Below are positions 9,279 to 19,352 of a stretch of DNA of 64,000 nt, in pieces (position 1 is the stretch's first letter; each line of letters begins with the position of its first letter). Source of the stretch: Escherichia virus TH32. The notes beneath the pieces were generated by a model. It was not told the DNA's origin, did not search any database, and was given only the letters and a program-made list of their open reading frames with translations. The stretch is from sequence record MT446405.1; one strand, 5' to 3'. The translations under genes and the position numbers were made by a program.

Positions 9279-10681
9279 GCTTCAAATGCTTCGTCAGTTG
9301 CTGCAGAATCCGCAGCGGCCTTTTGTTTTGCGACTACACGCTGTTTTTGACCGTGCTCAACGCCGCGCAGATAATTATCCACCACGTCAAACTCAGCCCC
9401 ATCAACGCACTTCAAGCCTAACTTTTTAGCGCCATATTTCGCTACGGACTTGGAGTCCATAGTTGCATGATCAAAGGCACCAACAACTTTAGACAGGCGC
9501 TGGTAGAGGCTATTCTTACGAGCAGAATCAGCGTAGAAAGCAGCAACTGCTGAATCAGATGCCATTGAGTGTTCCCCTTTTGCTGGACCTGGCGACGCTT
9601 TCGCCGCTTTTGTCGGTTTGTCATCTTTTTCGACCGAAGCCCCCTTTACGTTGCTGTTTTGCAGGCCGCTAACCACATCTTCAGCTTTGTCGCAAGGTGA
9701 TACATCTTCAGCCTTGACTTCAACTTCTTCTTCGTCTTTGACTTCGGCTTCAACTTCTTCTTCATCACCTACCGCGCCACCTTTCAGTTTTGCAATAAGT
9801 GCTTCGATTTGGCTGATCAATTGCGGAAGTTCGCCGCCAGCGTGAGATTCAGCTTCAACTTCAAACTTCTCTTCACCTTCTGGGGTTTCTTCTGCTTCTG
9901 CCTTGACTTCTGGATCAACCATTACTTCTTCACGATTTTCGGTTGAGTCCTTCTCTTCTGCTTTCACTTCAACTTCATCCTGATGAGCAGCTTCAGTACT
10001 CTCTTCGTTCAGAAATTGTTCGAGCGCAGGAATCAGTGATTTCAGCTGTTCAACAGCATTATCACGCGCTTTACCTTTTAACGGTTTTGGCATGTCTAAA
10101 TCCTCGTTGGATGGTGTTACAGTCGTCAAACAAAGATGGTCAAAGCAACGACCATCCAGCACCCGTGCACCTGGTACTCGACCAACGTCCACGAGAGCAA
10201 TGTGGTTGCCGCGAAGAGTTGTCTGCACCACTTCATACGGCTGCCCGTCAAACTCTCCAGACTGTATGATGAATTCACAGTCATAGCCCAAAGACAAGTC
10301 AACCTTTCCAGAATCAATGGCCTTCTTAAGACGACGGCTGAACACTTTAAGGTCGCCGCGCATCCATGGCTTGTCATAATAAACATTGCCAGTCAGAACG
10401 CCATCAACTCCATACTCTTCGGGTGCTGTGTTATCCTCATCACCTTCAAATCCAGAAAGCATTTCGTGATTGTCGATGAAAGGGATATTTTTGAATGAAT
10501 CTATCGCTTCGGGGTCTTTCACCGCTGACTCAGGGCGATAGACTTTTACGATGCGATTCGGATCACCATCAAGACCAACTTGACCAGCAGAATAATCAAA
10601 AATGCCAAATGACGAAATTGGACAACCCATAATCGTCAAGAATCCATTTTTGTCAATTTCGCGTGCCGTTTGCATTCGCAT
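9260..10681 (-). CDS. Scaffold-like protein with acidic low-complexity core (possible prohead protease/scaffold fusion)
   Basis: 473 aa; central run of E/V/K/A repeats (EEEVEAEVKDEEEVEVKAED) typical of scaffolding proteins; sits upstream of the capsid gene. Confidence 0.45.
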   Translation of the reverse strand: MRMQTAREIDKNGFLTIMGCPISSFGIFDYSAGQVGLDGDPNRIVKVYRPESAVKDPEAIDSFKNIPFIDNHEMLSGFEGDEDNTAPEEYGVDGVLTGNVYYDKPWMRGDLKVFSRRLKKAIDSGKVDLSLGYDCEFIIQSGEFDGQPYEVVQTTLRGNHIALVDVGRVPGARVLDGRCFDHLCLTTVTPSNEDLDMPKPLKGKARDNAVEQLKSLIPALEQFLNEESTEAAHQDEVEVKAEEKDSTENREEVMVDPEVKAEAEETPEGEEKFEVEAESHAGGELPQLISQIEALIAKLKGGAVGDEEEVEAEVKDEEEVEVKAEDVSPCDKAEDVVSGLQNSNVKGASVEKDDKPTKAAKASPGPAKGEHSMASDSAVAAFYADSARKNSLYQRLSKVVGAFDHATMDSKSVAKYGAKKLGLKCVDGAEFDVVDNYLRGVEHGQKQRVVAKQKAAADSAATDEAFEAWLKGE

Positions 10682-10779
10682 CCACCCTCAAATAAGTATT
10701 GTGTATTATATCTAATGAAAAAAACTTAGGCAAACAATAATTATGGTTTGAATATGTATAACAACCGATATAGCCGCGC

Positions 10780-11060
10780 CTTTATTAGTGTGATACGGAT
10801 GATACGGATAAAATGAGGCGTATTTTTATCCGTATCGGTGTATAAGCCGCGCTATCACTGGTGTGCTACGGATGATACGGATGATACGGATACTTTTCAT
10901 ATATAAGAGTTTATAAAAAAATAAAATTAAATTAGATATATAATTTTAAATTAATTTATTTGAATTCCTATATAGTACTGCGGCAACGCGTATCATCCGT
11001 ATCATCCGTAAGATTCTTTTGAAAACAACAACTTACTTGATACGGATGATACGTCATTAT
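10780..11060. repeat. Iteron cluster: 9-bp tandem GATACGGAT-type repeats in both orientations flanking an ~85-bp AT-rich spacer
   Basis: tgatacggatgatacggata (10791), ctacggatgatacggatgatacggatac (10866), AT-rich 10895-10975, cgtatcatccgtatcatccgtaagatt (10989), gatacggatgatacg (11039). Same motif family recurs at 26.97-27.3 kb. Confidence 0.7.
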
Positions 11061-11096
11061 ACGTATAAAACTCGCAGCAATCCTTTGCCGATGAAT

Positions 11097-11234
11097 TCAG
11101 TGAATATTAAATAGCACTCCTGCCACTAAAACGCCAATCAACATCGAGTCATAAACAGCCCATTTCCAAGAAAGCAAAGAGTTGCAATTAATATTTCGCA
11201 CTTTAACATAACGTGACTGAATAATCTTTTGCAT
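11097..11234 (-). CDS. Small hydrophobic protein (45 aa)
   Basis: Minus-strand ATG with AAGAGGAAG RBS; product MQKIIQSRYVKVRNINCNSLLSWKWAVYDSMLIGVLVAGVLFNIH has a C-terminal hydrophobic segment; below the track size cut-off. Confidence 0.3.
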   Translation of the reverse strand: MQKIIQSRYVKVRNINCNSLLSWKWAVYDSMLIGVLVAGVLFNIH

Positions 11235-11244
11235 AACTTCCTCT

Positions 11245-12165
11245 TTAGTTCAGCTTAATTGCGGTGATCTGTCCGTAAACGGTAGATGTCAACGCGTCGG
11301 TGCACTGATAGTTTAAATACACATTACCAGGCGCGGCAAGAGTAATTACTTTTGTTGGGATGTTGCCGCCGAAGCGACCTGCAGCCCGAATGCCAGCTGA
11401 CATGGCAAATGCATCATCCGTAATATCTGAATTGCTTGTTGACAATTTGACTGTAATTCCGGTATTCGCTTGAACGCCTGCTGTCGCGACAGTCAACTGA
11501 CTTGCTGTTACAAGCCATTTCCCTGCAGGAAGGTTTAAGGTTGCCAGATTGACCAAAGTTGTTGGAGGATTGCTGACGCTATTAGTGGCATTCTGGACGG
11601 TACTTGCTGCTGCATTAAGCACACCAGACCCATCAATTGATAGAGTTGTACCGACCTTTACGCCGCCTAAAGTAGATGCTGAGGCAATCGGCAATGAGTA
11701 TTGGGTGACGCTGATTGTACCATCACCTGCTACGCTTATTCCGGTGCCTATTTTGACGCCACCAAGAACGGAAGCTGTTGCCGCTGGTAACGTGTATTGG
11801 TTGCCGCTGGTTTTCACAACTTTGACTGCGACAGCGTTTTTCGACCCTCCAGACTCCATACCTATGATCACTGCTTCACCAAAAGCAATGGTGATTGTTG
11901 ATGCAGTCAAGCCAGTTTGAACGTCTGTGATGTTCATCTTAGGCACAGACAATGTCAGGTTAGGCTTGCTGGTCGAATCGCCATCATTGCCAATCATAAA
12001 GAATTGACCTACTGAGTTATACCCTGATGCAAGCGGCGGGCTCAGTGGAACAATCAAGTTTTTATCAGAAGTGAATTCTGAGACAATTGCCAAGCCATTA
12101 GCATACACCGCAGGCAAGACTGGAGTTTGTCCAGATAGAGGGAATGTGTTGATTGGTATCGTCAT
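11245..12165 (-). CDS. Fibre-like protein with tandem G/V/T-rich repeats
   Basis: Internal repeats TLPAATASVLGGVKIGTGISVAGDGTISV / SLPIASASTLGGVKVGTTLSIDGSGVLN resemble phage fibre repeat units; start moved to the internal Met (12165, RBS GAGG) to avoid overlapping the upstream gene. Confidence 0.45.
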   Translation of the reverse strand: MTIPINTFPLSGQTPVLPAVYANGLAIVSEFTSDKNLIVPLSPPLASGYNSVGQFFMIGNDGDSTSKPNLTLSVPKMNITDVQTGLTASTITIAFGEAVIIGMESGGSKNAVAVKVVKTSGNQYTLPAATASVLGGVKIGTGISVAGDGTISVTQYSLPIASASTLGGVKVGTTLSIDGSGVLNAAASTVQNATNSVSNPPTTLVNLATLNLPAGKWLVTASQLTVATAGVQANTGITVKLSTSNSDITDDAFAMSAGIRAAGRFGGNIPTKVITLAAPGNVYLNYQCTDALTSTVYGQITAIKLN

Positions 12166-12172
12166 AATGACC

Positions 12173-13024
12173 TCAGATAATTGGTATTTTTCTGCACTTG
12201 CAGTGTATTGCCCATCCAGGAGGACCGATGTCACCCTTTTTGAACTTAAGTTCTCCACCTACTTCCCATAAGCGTTTGTCATCAAGCTTGAATCTCATGC
12301 CGTCGACGTGCTCATGTGATATTCGCGGCTCTTTGCCTGCTCCTGAATGCGCCCACTCAAATTCCTCAACGCCATTCTGTCGCATCCTTTCATCACTTAA
12401 TACGCAATAAAGTTTGCTCGTTTGGTCTTTGGCGATAAGGTCTACGCGTTTTGCAGAGAATTGTTTTACATTCCTTAGTGCCGCCTGAATGCCGGATGTG
12501 CCTTGCTGCGCTGGGTCTGGCGAAGTCAGCGAAAGCATCACCGCTTCGTACACCCTGTTGTGAATATCCTCGCCAACCTTAGTCACTAGAGTCGTGTTGA
12601 ACGTCTCGCTTGTTTTAAGAGTGTTCTCAACGAATTTATTATATGTGGCTTTTGGCGCTTCTATTCCTGCAGATTTAAGACTTGCGAATGTAGCAGAAGT
12701 CGCACCCTTTTCAACTGACTTGATGAAATCTGCGGCAATCTTTGACCCAACACGGGCGAATGCTTTTGCCCATTTCAGTTGAAGGCGCTTCATCAAGGTC
12801 TGAAAAGTTGAATCAGCAGAGTCTTGCGCAAAGAACTTTTTCACCTGCTTCTTTTCAAGCCACTCAGCAATGCCTGCCTGATAGTCATCAATCATCGCAT
12901 AGCAAAGACCTTTCATCTCACGACGATAGGCCATCGCAATAGCGTTGGATGGGATTATCGGACTGCCGCGCCCGATTCTATCGGGTGAGCGGCGTTCGCG
13001 TTTTTTCGAAGCTTTAAAAGCCAT
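12173..13024 (-). CDS. Head morphogenesis protein (Mu F / SPP1 gp7-like)
   Basis: C-terminal PPGWAIHCKCRKIPI matches the P-x-H-x-x-C-x-C signature of this family; lies just downstream of the portal gene. Start placed at the internal Met abutting the portal stop. Confidence 0.55.
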   Translation of the reverse strand: MAFKASKKRERRSPDRIGRGSPIIPSNAIAMAYRREMKGLCYAMIDDYQAGIAEWLEKKQVKKFFAQDSADSTFQTLMKRLQLKWAKAFARVGSKIAADFIKSVEKGATSATFASLKSAGIEAPKATYNKFVENTLKTSETFNTTLVTKVGEDIHNRVYEAVMLSLTSPDPAQQGTSGIQAALRNVKQFSAKRVDLIAKDQTSKLYCVLSDERMRQNGVEEFEWAHSGAGKEPRISHEHVDGMRFKLDDKRLWEVGGELKFKKGDIGPPGWAIHCKCRKIPII

Positions 13025-13025
13025 A

Positions 13026-15434
13026 TCAACCTTGCTTCGGTGAATTAGTAGGATTATTGAGTGCTCCATATGCTTGAGAGCAATCACCCTTCAACCACTC
13101 CTTGAATGAGTTTACATCCAATTCGTGGATTGAGTCAAATCCATTCCAACCGTTACCAAATGATGCTTGATAAGCTTCTTTCGCTTCTTCTGCTGAATCA
13201 AATCCAAGCATACACTTGTGTTCATCAAATTCGCCAGAATAATTATCATTTTGGTTAACGATAAAGACTTTCGGCGACTTCATATTTGGACCAACAAAGC
13301 AGTCGACTTCATCGTCGTCTGCACCCTTGGTGCCTTTGATGAATCCGTAGTGGTGCGACATCTTCACTGCCCATTCACCGTCAAGGCTGTTCCCTCTACG
13401 GATGCTGTTGCGAGGATTCTCAATACCAAGAATCATCCCGTGCAACTTCATCTTAGGTAATGATGCTGCGTCCATTTTACCAACGTTATGGCGTAAGTTT
13501 ACGACGTTCCCTTTGACGCTTGGAAGGGTAGACGGTTGCACCGACCGTGAATCTTTTTGAGGGTCAAAATCCACATCCTGCCCTTCTTTCAGGTAGTAAT
13601 CAGCAATGCCCTCCAGACCTTCTTTCAACTGCGTTAGGACATCAACCTGATGGCTTGATTCATCATCGGTATCGTCCATGTTGATTTCGACAGGTGCTCT
13701 GTCAGGGTTTTCCGCCAACTCACCACGCGCGGCACCTTCTGGCATAATACCTGTTTCGCTATAGAACTGGCCGCCCATCTTAACGACATCAGCTTTCGCC
13801 TGCTCAATATCGGCCTTACCTTGCAGGACTTCACCAGCAGACTTGCCAAGCAATGCCATATTCTCTGGAGACATTCCTGGGGTTTCTTCTGCTGCGTCTT
13901 CCGGCAGACGGTTGTAGCCGCTGTTTTTGTCGTCTTTGATGCGGTCGCGCTCTTCATCAGGAGAAATGACGCCAGCATCAATAAGAGTTTTGCCAGTGTT
14001 AGCTCGCTTGTCGTTGATTTCTGCAAGTTGAGTAGCAGTAAGTGAGCCAACTGGTTCCCATGCAACCTTAACGTCGACTTCCACCCCTTCTGATTTGAGA
14101 AGGATTTTATAATGGCGGTCGAGAATTTTTGTCAGGTCATGCTGCTGGCACGTTTCCAACTCTTCGTGATAGCTGACCATCTCGAATTCACCAGTGGCGT
14201 TAAAGCCTTTTGGCGAAGTACCAAGCAGTTTGGTCGACGGAACTTTTGCGATTGCGGCCACCAGCTGGTACTGGTTCATGATGATGCTGTCGAAGTCTGA
14301 CAAGTTAATGTCGAACTGGTCCATCTCTTCTTTTTGGCCAAGCACTTTGACTGCATAGTTGTCGCGATACTTGATCCACATCATCAGACGTTCGGCAAAA
14401 GACCGCTCATTGGCAATCGCCTTGTCAACGTCGGTCCGCAGCGTGGTTGTACGCTTGGACATCGCCAGCAATGGCGCTTCGTTAGCGGTGCGTTCAGCGG
14501 CATAGATGCGTTCATAAATCTGCTGAGTCAGAGGAATGCCGCCGTAAATATAAGTCGGCTTTAGAATATCAGCTGGCTCATCGTTGCGCAAGATGATTAG
14601 GTGGCTGCGATGATAACGCTGGCCGCTGATCACCCAGTATTCTGGATCATAGAAGTGCTGTGATGCAGGGTCGGCGGTGTTTTCAGACGTCAAGAATGGC
14701 ATCATCCAATAAGGGTCAACCTGAATAATTCCCTTATAAGACCCTTTTGTCACACCATCGATGTTAAAAGGTTTGCTATAATATTCTGGGTCATCGCTGC
14801 GCACGTCAAATATGATGACGCGAATGCCAAAAATATTCTTGAATCGTTCGGCTTCAACTAAGTGCTCTTTGATATTAAATTCTTTATCAATTTGCTTTAG
14901 GCGTTCGCTGGCCTGTACTGACAATTCCGACTCAGAACTGGATTTGACTTCCCAGCCTTTACGGACCGCATCGCGGCCTACCATGGAACAAGCCTTGTTC
15001 ACCAGCCAGTGCTGCGCGATGATGGCGCAAGCTTGATATCCGATAAATGATTGCGATAAGTACCAGTTTTGCAACTGAATAGGTACTGTGTATGGATTAA
15101 CCTGCCCTTCTGAACTGATGTTCTTCAAGGCATTGTCCATAACTTTTTTGGATACGGTTGCTGAATCTACTGAGCGACCTTTGATGATTGCAACACCGTC
15201 CCCGTTGATATCAGGCTCATATAAAGGAAAGTCATCAACGGTTTTAAAGGTCGGGCGGTTGCTTTCGGTCTTATCCCAGCGTTGACCGCTGCCGCGCCTT
15301 TCCAGGCGTTCAAACGGTGCCAATGGGTCGCCTGGCGGCATCTCCGCTTGTTCGGCTTCTGGTTGCGTCTTCTCCCAGAGTTTTATGCCAAGAATTTTCA
15401 TTGTTAACGCCACCTGACAGTGAAAGGGAATCAA
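13026..15434 (-). CDS. Portal protein (putative)
   Basis: 802-aa ORF between the large terminase and the MuF-like head gene, the canonical position for portal. Size and position only. Confidence 0.5.
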   Translation of the reverse strand: MIPFHCQVALTMKILGIKLWEKTQPEAEQAEMPPGDPLAPFERLERRGSGQRWDKTESNRPTFKTVDDFPLYEPDINGDGVAIIKGRSVDSATVSKKVMDNALKNISSEGQVNPYTVPIQLQNWYLSQSFIGYQACAIIAQHWLVNKACSMVGRDAVRKGWEVKSSSESELSVQASERLKQIDKEFNIKEHLVEAERFKNIFGIRVIIFDVRSDDPEYYSKPFNIDGVTKGSYKGIIQVDPYWMMPFLTSENTADPASQHFYDPEYWVISGQRYHRSHLIILRNDEPADILKPTYIYGGIPLTQQIYERIYAAERTANEAPLLAMSKRTTTLRTDVDKAIANERSFAERLMMWIKYRDNYAVKVLGQKEEMDQFDINLSDFDSIIMNQYQLVAAIAKVPSTKLLGTSPKGFNATGEFEMVSYHEELETCQQHDLTKILDRHYKILLKSEGVEVDVKVAWEPVGSLTATQLAEINDKRANTGKTLIDAGVISPDEERDRIKDDKNSGYNRLPEDAAEETPGMSPENMALLGKSAGEVLQGKADIEQAKADVVKMGGQFYSETGIMPEGAARGELAENPDRAPVEINMDDTDDESSHQVDVLTQLKEGLEGIADYYLKEGQDVDFDPQKDSRSVQPSTLPSVKGNVVNLRHNVGKMDAASLPKMKLHGMILGIENPRNSIRRGNSLDGEWAVKMSHHYGFIKGTKGADDDEVDCFVGPNMKSPKVFIVNQNDNYSGEFDEHKCMLGFDSAEEAKEAYQASFGNGWNGFDSIHELDVNSFKEWLKGDCSQAYGALNNPTNSPKQG

Positions 15435-15563
15435 TCTATATTATAAATATTCATGTGTTTGTAAGCAAATGATATGTATAGTAATCATAAATAGTTCATA
15501 AAATATTTTGCTTTTGTATCATTTTGAGTTATATTTTAGTTAACCAAACGAAAGGAGATTGAA

Positions 15564-15980
15564 ATGAGCACAACAATTGTATTTGTCGTCCTTCATCAAG
15601 GCGAAGTGGTAAACGTATGCGAATATGAAGAGCTGGCAAAAGCCACTGCTGCGCGATATGAAGGTGCCACAGTTGACCCTTGGATTTTGGATGCGCGAAA
15701 CGTGTTGCAGGCGACCATGGATGAGTGGCTTTTAGGTCGCAAGGTGTATCCGGTTGAAAACATCGAATCCATTCAAGGTGAAACAGTATACTTTGAAGAT
15801 GAATGCGTTCGCGGCATTGGTAAATTTATTGGATTGTGCCCATCTTCATCCAAAAATAAATTTTATCGTATTCAAGTTGAAGAGAACGATATGTTCGACA
15901 AAGTAACGCGCTCGATTGTTCCTGGCGGCGGCACTCCAATCTTTATGGCAGAATCAGACATCAAGGGGATCATCAAATGA
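15564..15980 (+). CDS. Hypothetical protein
   Basis: 138-aa plus-strand ORF with AAAGGAG RBS, in the gap between portal and terminase genes. Confidence 0.45.
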   Translation: MSTTIVFVVLHQGEVVNVCEYEELAKATAARYEGATVDPWILDARNVLQATMDEWLLGRKVYPVENIESIQGETVYFEDECVRGIGKFIGLCPSSSKNKFYRIQVEENDMFDKVTRSIVPGGGTPIFMAESDIKGIIK

Positions 15981-16216
15981 GAACGTTAACCGAACTCGAT
16001 GTTTTGAAAGACGTTGCAGCCGCGCTGGGCGTAGAATTATCCGAAAAGGCGACACTAGGTGCTTTGCGTCGGGATTTACTCGAAGCCGTTGACCGCAACG
16101 ATTTTGACCGTAAATGTATGCAAAAGAAGATTCGGCAGGCGGTGAGAGCGGGTAAGCGATTCCGTGCCAGGTCGTTTGCCGCAAGAAAGCTTGACCTTCA
16201 GCACGGAATGCTTTGA
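15977..16216 (+). CDS. Hypothetical protein
   Basis: 79-aa ORF translationally coupled (ATGA overlap) to 15564..15980. Confidence 0.4.
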   Translation: MRTLTELDVLKDVAAALGVELSEKATLGALRRDLLEAVDRNDFDRKCMQKKIRQAVRAGKRFRARSFAARKLDLQHGML

Positions 16217-16219
16217 TTG

Positions 16220-17680
16220 TTAAAGGTTAGAGAAGAAGCCGGATGCTGCAACGATTGGTTTCATCAATGCCATGATTGCTGCGTCCGCTTTGTTAGGTGA
16301 TTTGACTCCACGCTTTGCCATATCCTTTTTGGATTCAACTTTGAACTTGCCAAGAACAGACGTATCTTTGCGCGGCGCTGACATCTCAAAAAGAAACGTC
16401 TCAATCTCTTCAGTAGTCCAAGCTGGAATCCCAAGTTCCGGTATACCATCGGTGTCGATTGAAATCAATTCATCAGTCGGATATACGGCTTGCCCAGTTG
16501 CATATTCGTATGTCTTTCTGAATCTCTCTGCAATTTCAGTCCACTTTTGCGCTTTTATGTTTGCGAAATGGTCTTTATTGAGTATTTCAACGTGTGGTAG
16601 CTCAAGAAAAACGTCATCAGGATCATCAACAGACCCTTGCGCGTTGAACGCATTAAATTCGATTCTTGGAAATGATGGATTTTCATGTATTGCATACTCG
16701 TTTAGTTCATCAAATTTTGAACCAGCAAAAGCGCCGACACCGATGGCGTCATAAGTTATAGAAGCGCCAAATGTAAGCGCATCTTTCCAAACTCCGCTTG
16801 CCGATTTCAACAATTCATCTTCCAGACCTTCCCACGTCTTGATGCCGCGCAATACGTTTCCTGTAACGAATGCAGTGGCGTTAAGGTCGTCGCCATCGTC
16901 CGCTACGTCAAAGCCTATACGGTTAGACCCTGACAAACTCCAGCCCAGCGTAGGGTGTTTGTGGAGATTAAGAGCGGCCTTAACGAATGCACGGTTGATT
17001 ACAGATTTATCGCCGCCAGTCTTCGGCACGCCGCCATAAACGTGCTCTGCCTTTTTCGGGTCGCGCTCGTACATGCCTGCGATAACATCCAGCATTGTTT
17101 GCGACAAGAATGGGTTGTCTTGCCAGTTTATCTTTTTAACTATGGCATTCTTCGGCGGTCGCATAACAAAGTTTTGGTAGACGAAATCGGCCTCTTCATC
17201 AGGGTTAAAGATGATCCATATTTCTGACCCTTCTTTACGGATTGTCGGCTCAATAATGTCCCACTGTTCTTCAGTAAGTGCGTGCGCTTCTTCCAGCCAA
17301 AGAACATCAACACCTTCCGTTGATTTAATTTCATCAACGTTACGTGCGATACCGTAAAATAGAAATTCAGATTTAGTTCTTTTATGCTCGATAGAGTTCT
17401 TTAATAAATTGAACTCATCTTTAAAATCAGAAATCTCTATTTTATCTTTTAATAGAGTATATACAGATTCAGAAATCTTGTTCTGGAATTGTCGAACGCA
17501 AAGGAATTTTAATTTGAAGTTTGCCGCCAAATAAATAGCAAAACCAGCGGCATCATGCGATTTGGAAGATGCACGACCGCCGTATATTACTTTGTATCGC
17601 GCTTTTGTCTTCCAGACTTCTTTTAAAGCAGGATTCAACTGGTACATGACTTTCCAATTATGTGTTAATATTTTATTCAT
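16220..17680 (-). CDS. Terminase large subunit
   Basis: 486 aa; N-terminal Walker A-like YGGRASSKSHD (terminase ATPase P-loop type), acidic nuclease-type C-terminal half. Confidence 0.8.
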   Translation of the reverse strand: MNKILTHNWKVMYQLNPALKEVWKTKARYKVIYGGRASSKSHDAAGFAIYLAANFKLKFLCVRQFQNKISESVYTLLKDKIEISDFKDEFNLLKNSIEHKRTKSEFLFYGIARNVDEIKSTEGVDVLWLEEAHALTEEQWDIIEPTIRKEGSEIWIIFNPDEEADFVYQNFVMRPPKNAIVKKINWQDNPFLSQTMLDVIAGMYERDPKKAEHVYGGVPKTGGDKSVINRAFVKAALNLHKHPTLGWSLSGSNRIGFDVADDGDDLNATAFVTGNVLRGIKTWEGLEDELLKSASGVWKDALTFGASITYDAIGVGAFAGSKFDELNEYAIHENPSFPRIEFNAFNAQGSVDDPDDVFLELPHVEILNKDHFANIKAQKWTEIAERFRKTYEYATGQAVYPTDELISIDTDGIPELGIPAWTTEEIETFLFEMSAPRKDTSVLGKFKVESKKDMAKRGVKSPNKADAAIMALMKPIVAASGFFSNL

Positions 17681-17797
17681 ATTATAGTTTGCTTGTGCAA
17701 GCTATATCAAGTAAAATTATGATTCCAGCTTAGTAGTGGATAAAGGGTGATCTTTCGGCCAGATTCTTTCTGGCCATTTTTTTATCAGGAGTAAACC

Positions 17798-18028
17798 ATG
17801 GCCCTAGTCAACATTCAACTCACTCCCTCTTATACTTCCGTAATCTCTGTTGCTGAAAACGTATCAGGAGCACTTATTCAAGTTCGCGGCGGTGCCGCTG
17901 AGATTTGTTTTGGGGAAAAGGCCGATGACAATTTGATCGGAATCGCAGTTGTTGGTACAGTCACAATCCCGCCAGGCGTTGAGATTTTCGCAAAGGGAAG
18001 TGGCACATTAATTGTGTCTTCACACTGA
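17798..18028 (+). CDS. Hypothetical small protein
   Basis: 76-aa ORF with AGGAG RBS downstream of the divergent region at 17.7 kb. Confidence 0.35.
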   Translation: MALVNIQLTPSYTSVISVAENVSGALIQVRGGAAEICFGEKADDNLIGIAVVGTVTIPPGVEIFAKGSGTLIVSSH

Positions 18029-18116
18029 TACGATGCCATGGACGGCATAATTCACAAAAAGTTTGCCTTTCTGAAACTCTGCGTTATAATCATATTAACT
18101 CAAAACCGGAGGTAAT

Positions 18117-18332
18117 ATGAAACTCATCGACCGCGCCATCAAAGCCATAGACAACCATTCCACGGCTATTGCATTTGTAATGGGATTCTGTTTTACTGCT
18201 GCGTTTGGCGACGTTCACACATTCAAGTCTGTCATCTTGTGCTGGTCTATCTGGTCCCTCATTTCTCTGGTTTTGATTCTTCCGATGACGTGGCTTGTCC
18301 TTACTTGTCTGGAATCTCAAGGTGAAGACTGA
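18117..18332 (+). CDS. Small membrane protein (two predicted TM segments)
   Basis: 71 aa; hydrophobic stretches AIAFVMGFCFTAAF and ILCWSIWSLISLVLILPMTWLVL; GGAGG RBS. Confidence 0.4.
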   Translation: MKLIDRAIKAIDNHSTAIAFVMGFCFTAAFGDVHTFKSVILCWSIWSLISLVLILPMTWLVLTCLESQGED

Positions 18333-18553
18333 TGAGACTATCAATAAAAGAGCGGGCAAAACGTCCCAAAAGGAGTGAGCCAAAAGCGAAATATACATGC
18401 GTAGGCGGTCCATTCGACGGTCAAGCGATGTGGCTTTCAAAATCTAATCCATCGACGGTTGAGTTTAGCCTTCATGGAATGCGCGGCAGATACCTGCTAA
18501 ACAGAGAAACAATCGGCAGCACATTTGTGGAGTGGAAAGAAAATGGCAAGTGA
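18332..18553 (+). CDS. Hypothetical protein
   Basis: 73-aa ORF coupled to the upstream gene. Confidence 0.4.
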   Translation: MRLSIKERAKRPKRSEPKAKYTCVGGPFDGQAMWLSKSNPSTVEFSLHGMRGRYLLNRETIGSTFVEWKENGK

Positions 18554-18776
18554 ATTAACTTTAAAAGTACCAAAAGAAGTGCTAGATAAGGCATATGCAG
18601 ATTCTGTAAAAGAATTGGCCGTGGTGCTTGGGATTGAAAATGAATTTAACGTTCAATTGCAATTCCTTAAGGACACGCTTCAAATTAAAGAGAATAGAGA
18701 GGCTGGAAGCGGTGCGCCTTTAGCTCTGGCAATCCTCTATACAGGTCTGATTTTGCAATCTGGAGACGAACTGTGA
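18543..18776 (+). CDS. Hypothetical protein
   Basis: Start placed at the internal Met (MASELTLKV) with GGAAAG spacing; the track ORF begins at 18525. Confidence 0.4.
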   Translation: MASELTLKVPKEVLDKAYADSVKELAVVLGIENEFNVQLQFLKDTLQIKENREAGSGAPLALAILYTGLILQSGDEL

Positions 18777-18972
18777 ATCGTTGGTGCAGTTGGAAGTTGA
18801 AACGTCTTGCCTGGGCCAATGCCGCCAATTCTGCTGGCGTCATCACCGCTGGCGTTGGGTCGGTATGGGATGGCGAAGGCCGTTGGGACTCGCTGTGTGG
18901 TACGCGCCTATTCTTTCGCGTAAAATAATTATCACCCTTCCCACTTCGGGAAGGGAATTTAAAGAGGTTATC

Positions 18973-19314
18973 ATGAACAACACTTTATCACAACTGCTAA
19001 TCTGGACTATCGCCGCTATCATCGGCACCGTTATTATGATGTCAAGCGCAAAGGCTGAAACGGATATTTGCGGCAGACTGATTTCTGAAAACGGTGAAAT
19101 TTACTATGGCAACTCAAAAGGCGATTACATATCACCTGAAGTTTGCGCTCAGAAGAAAGCGGAAATGCAAAAGCAGTATCATGAAGATCAATCTATATCT
19201 CAAGCCGCGCTGATTGAATTAAGTATATCAGCCATCATCTTTCTAATCGTTTTTATGCTCATTATTAAACCAAATAATGGCAGTAATCGTCATATTCCTC
19301 TCAAAAGAAATTAA
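18973..19314 (+). CDS. Secreted/membrane protein with N-terminal signal-like segment
   Basis: Internal Met with AAAGAGG RBS; MNNTLSQLLIWTIAAIIGTVIMMSSAKAE looks like a signal peptide; second hydrophobic segment near the C-terminus. Confidence 0.4.
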   Translation: MNNTLSQLLIWTIAAIIGTVIMMSSAKAETDICGRLISENGEIYYGNSKGDYISPEVCAQKKAEMQKQYHEDQSISQAALIELSISAIIFLIVFMLIIKPNNGSNRHIPLKRN

Positions 19315-19352
19315 GGTTATAATACGGTTGTCGACAAAAAGAGGACCGTAAA

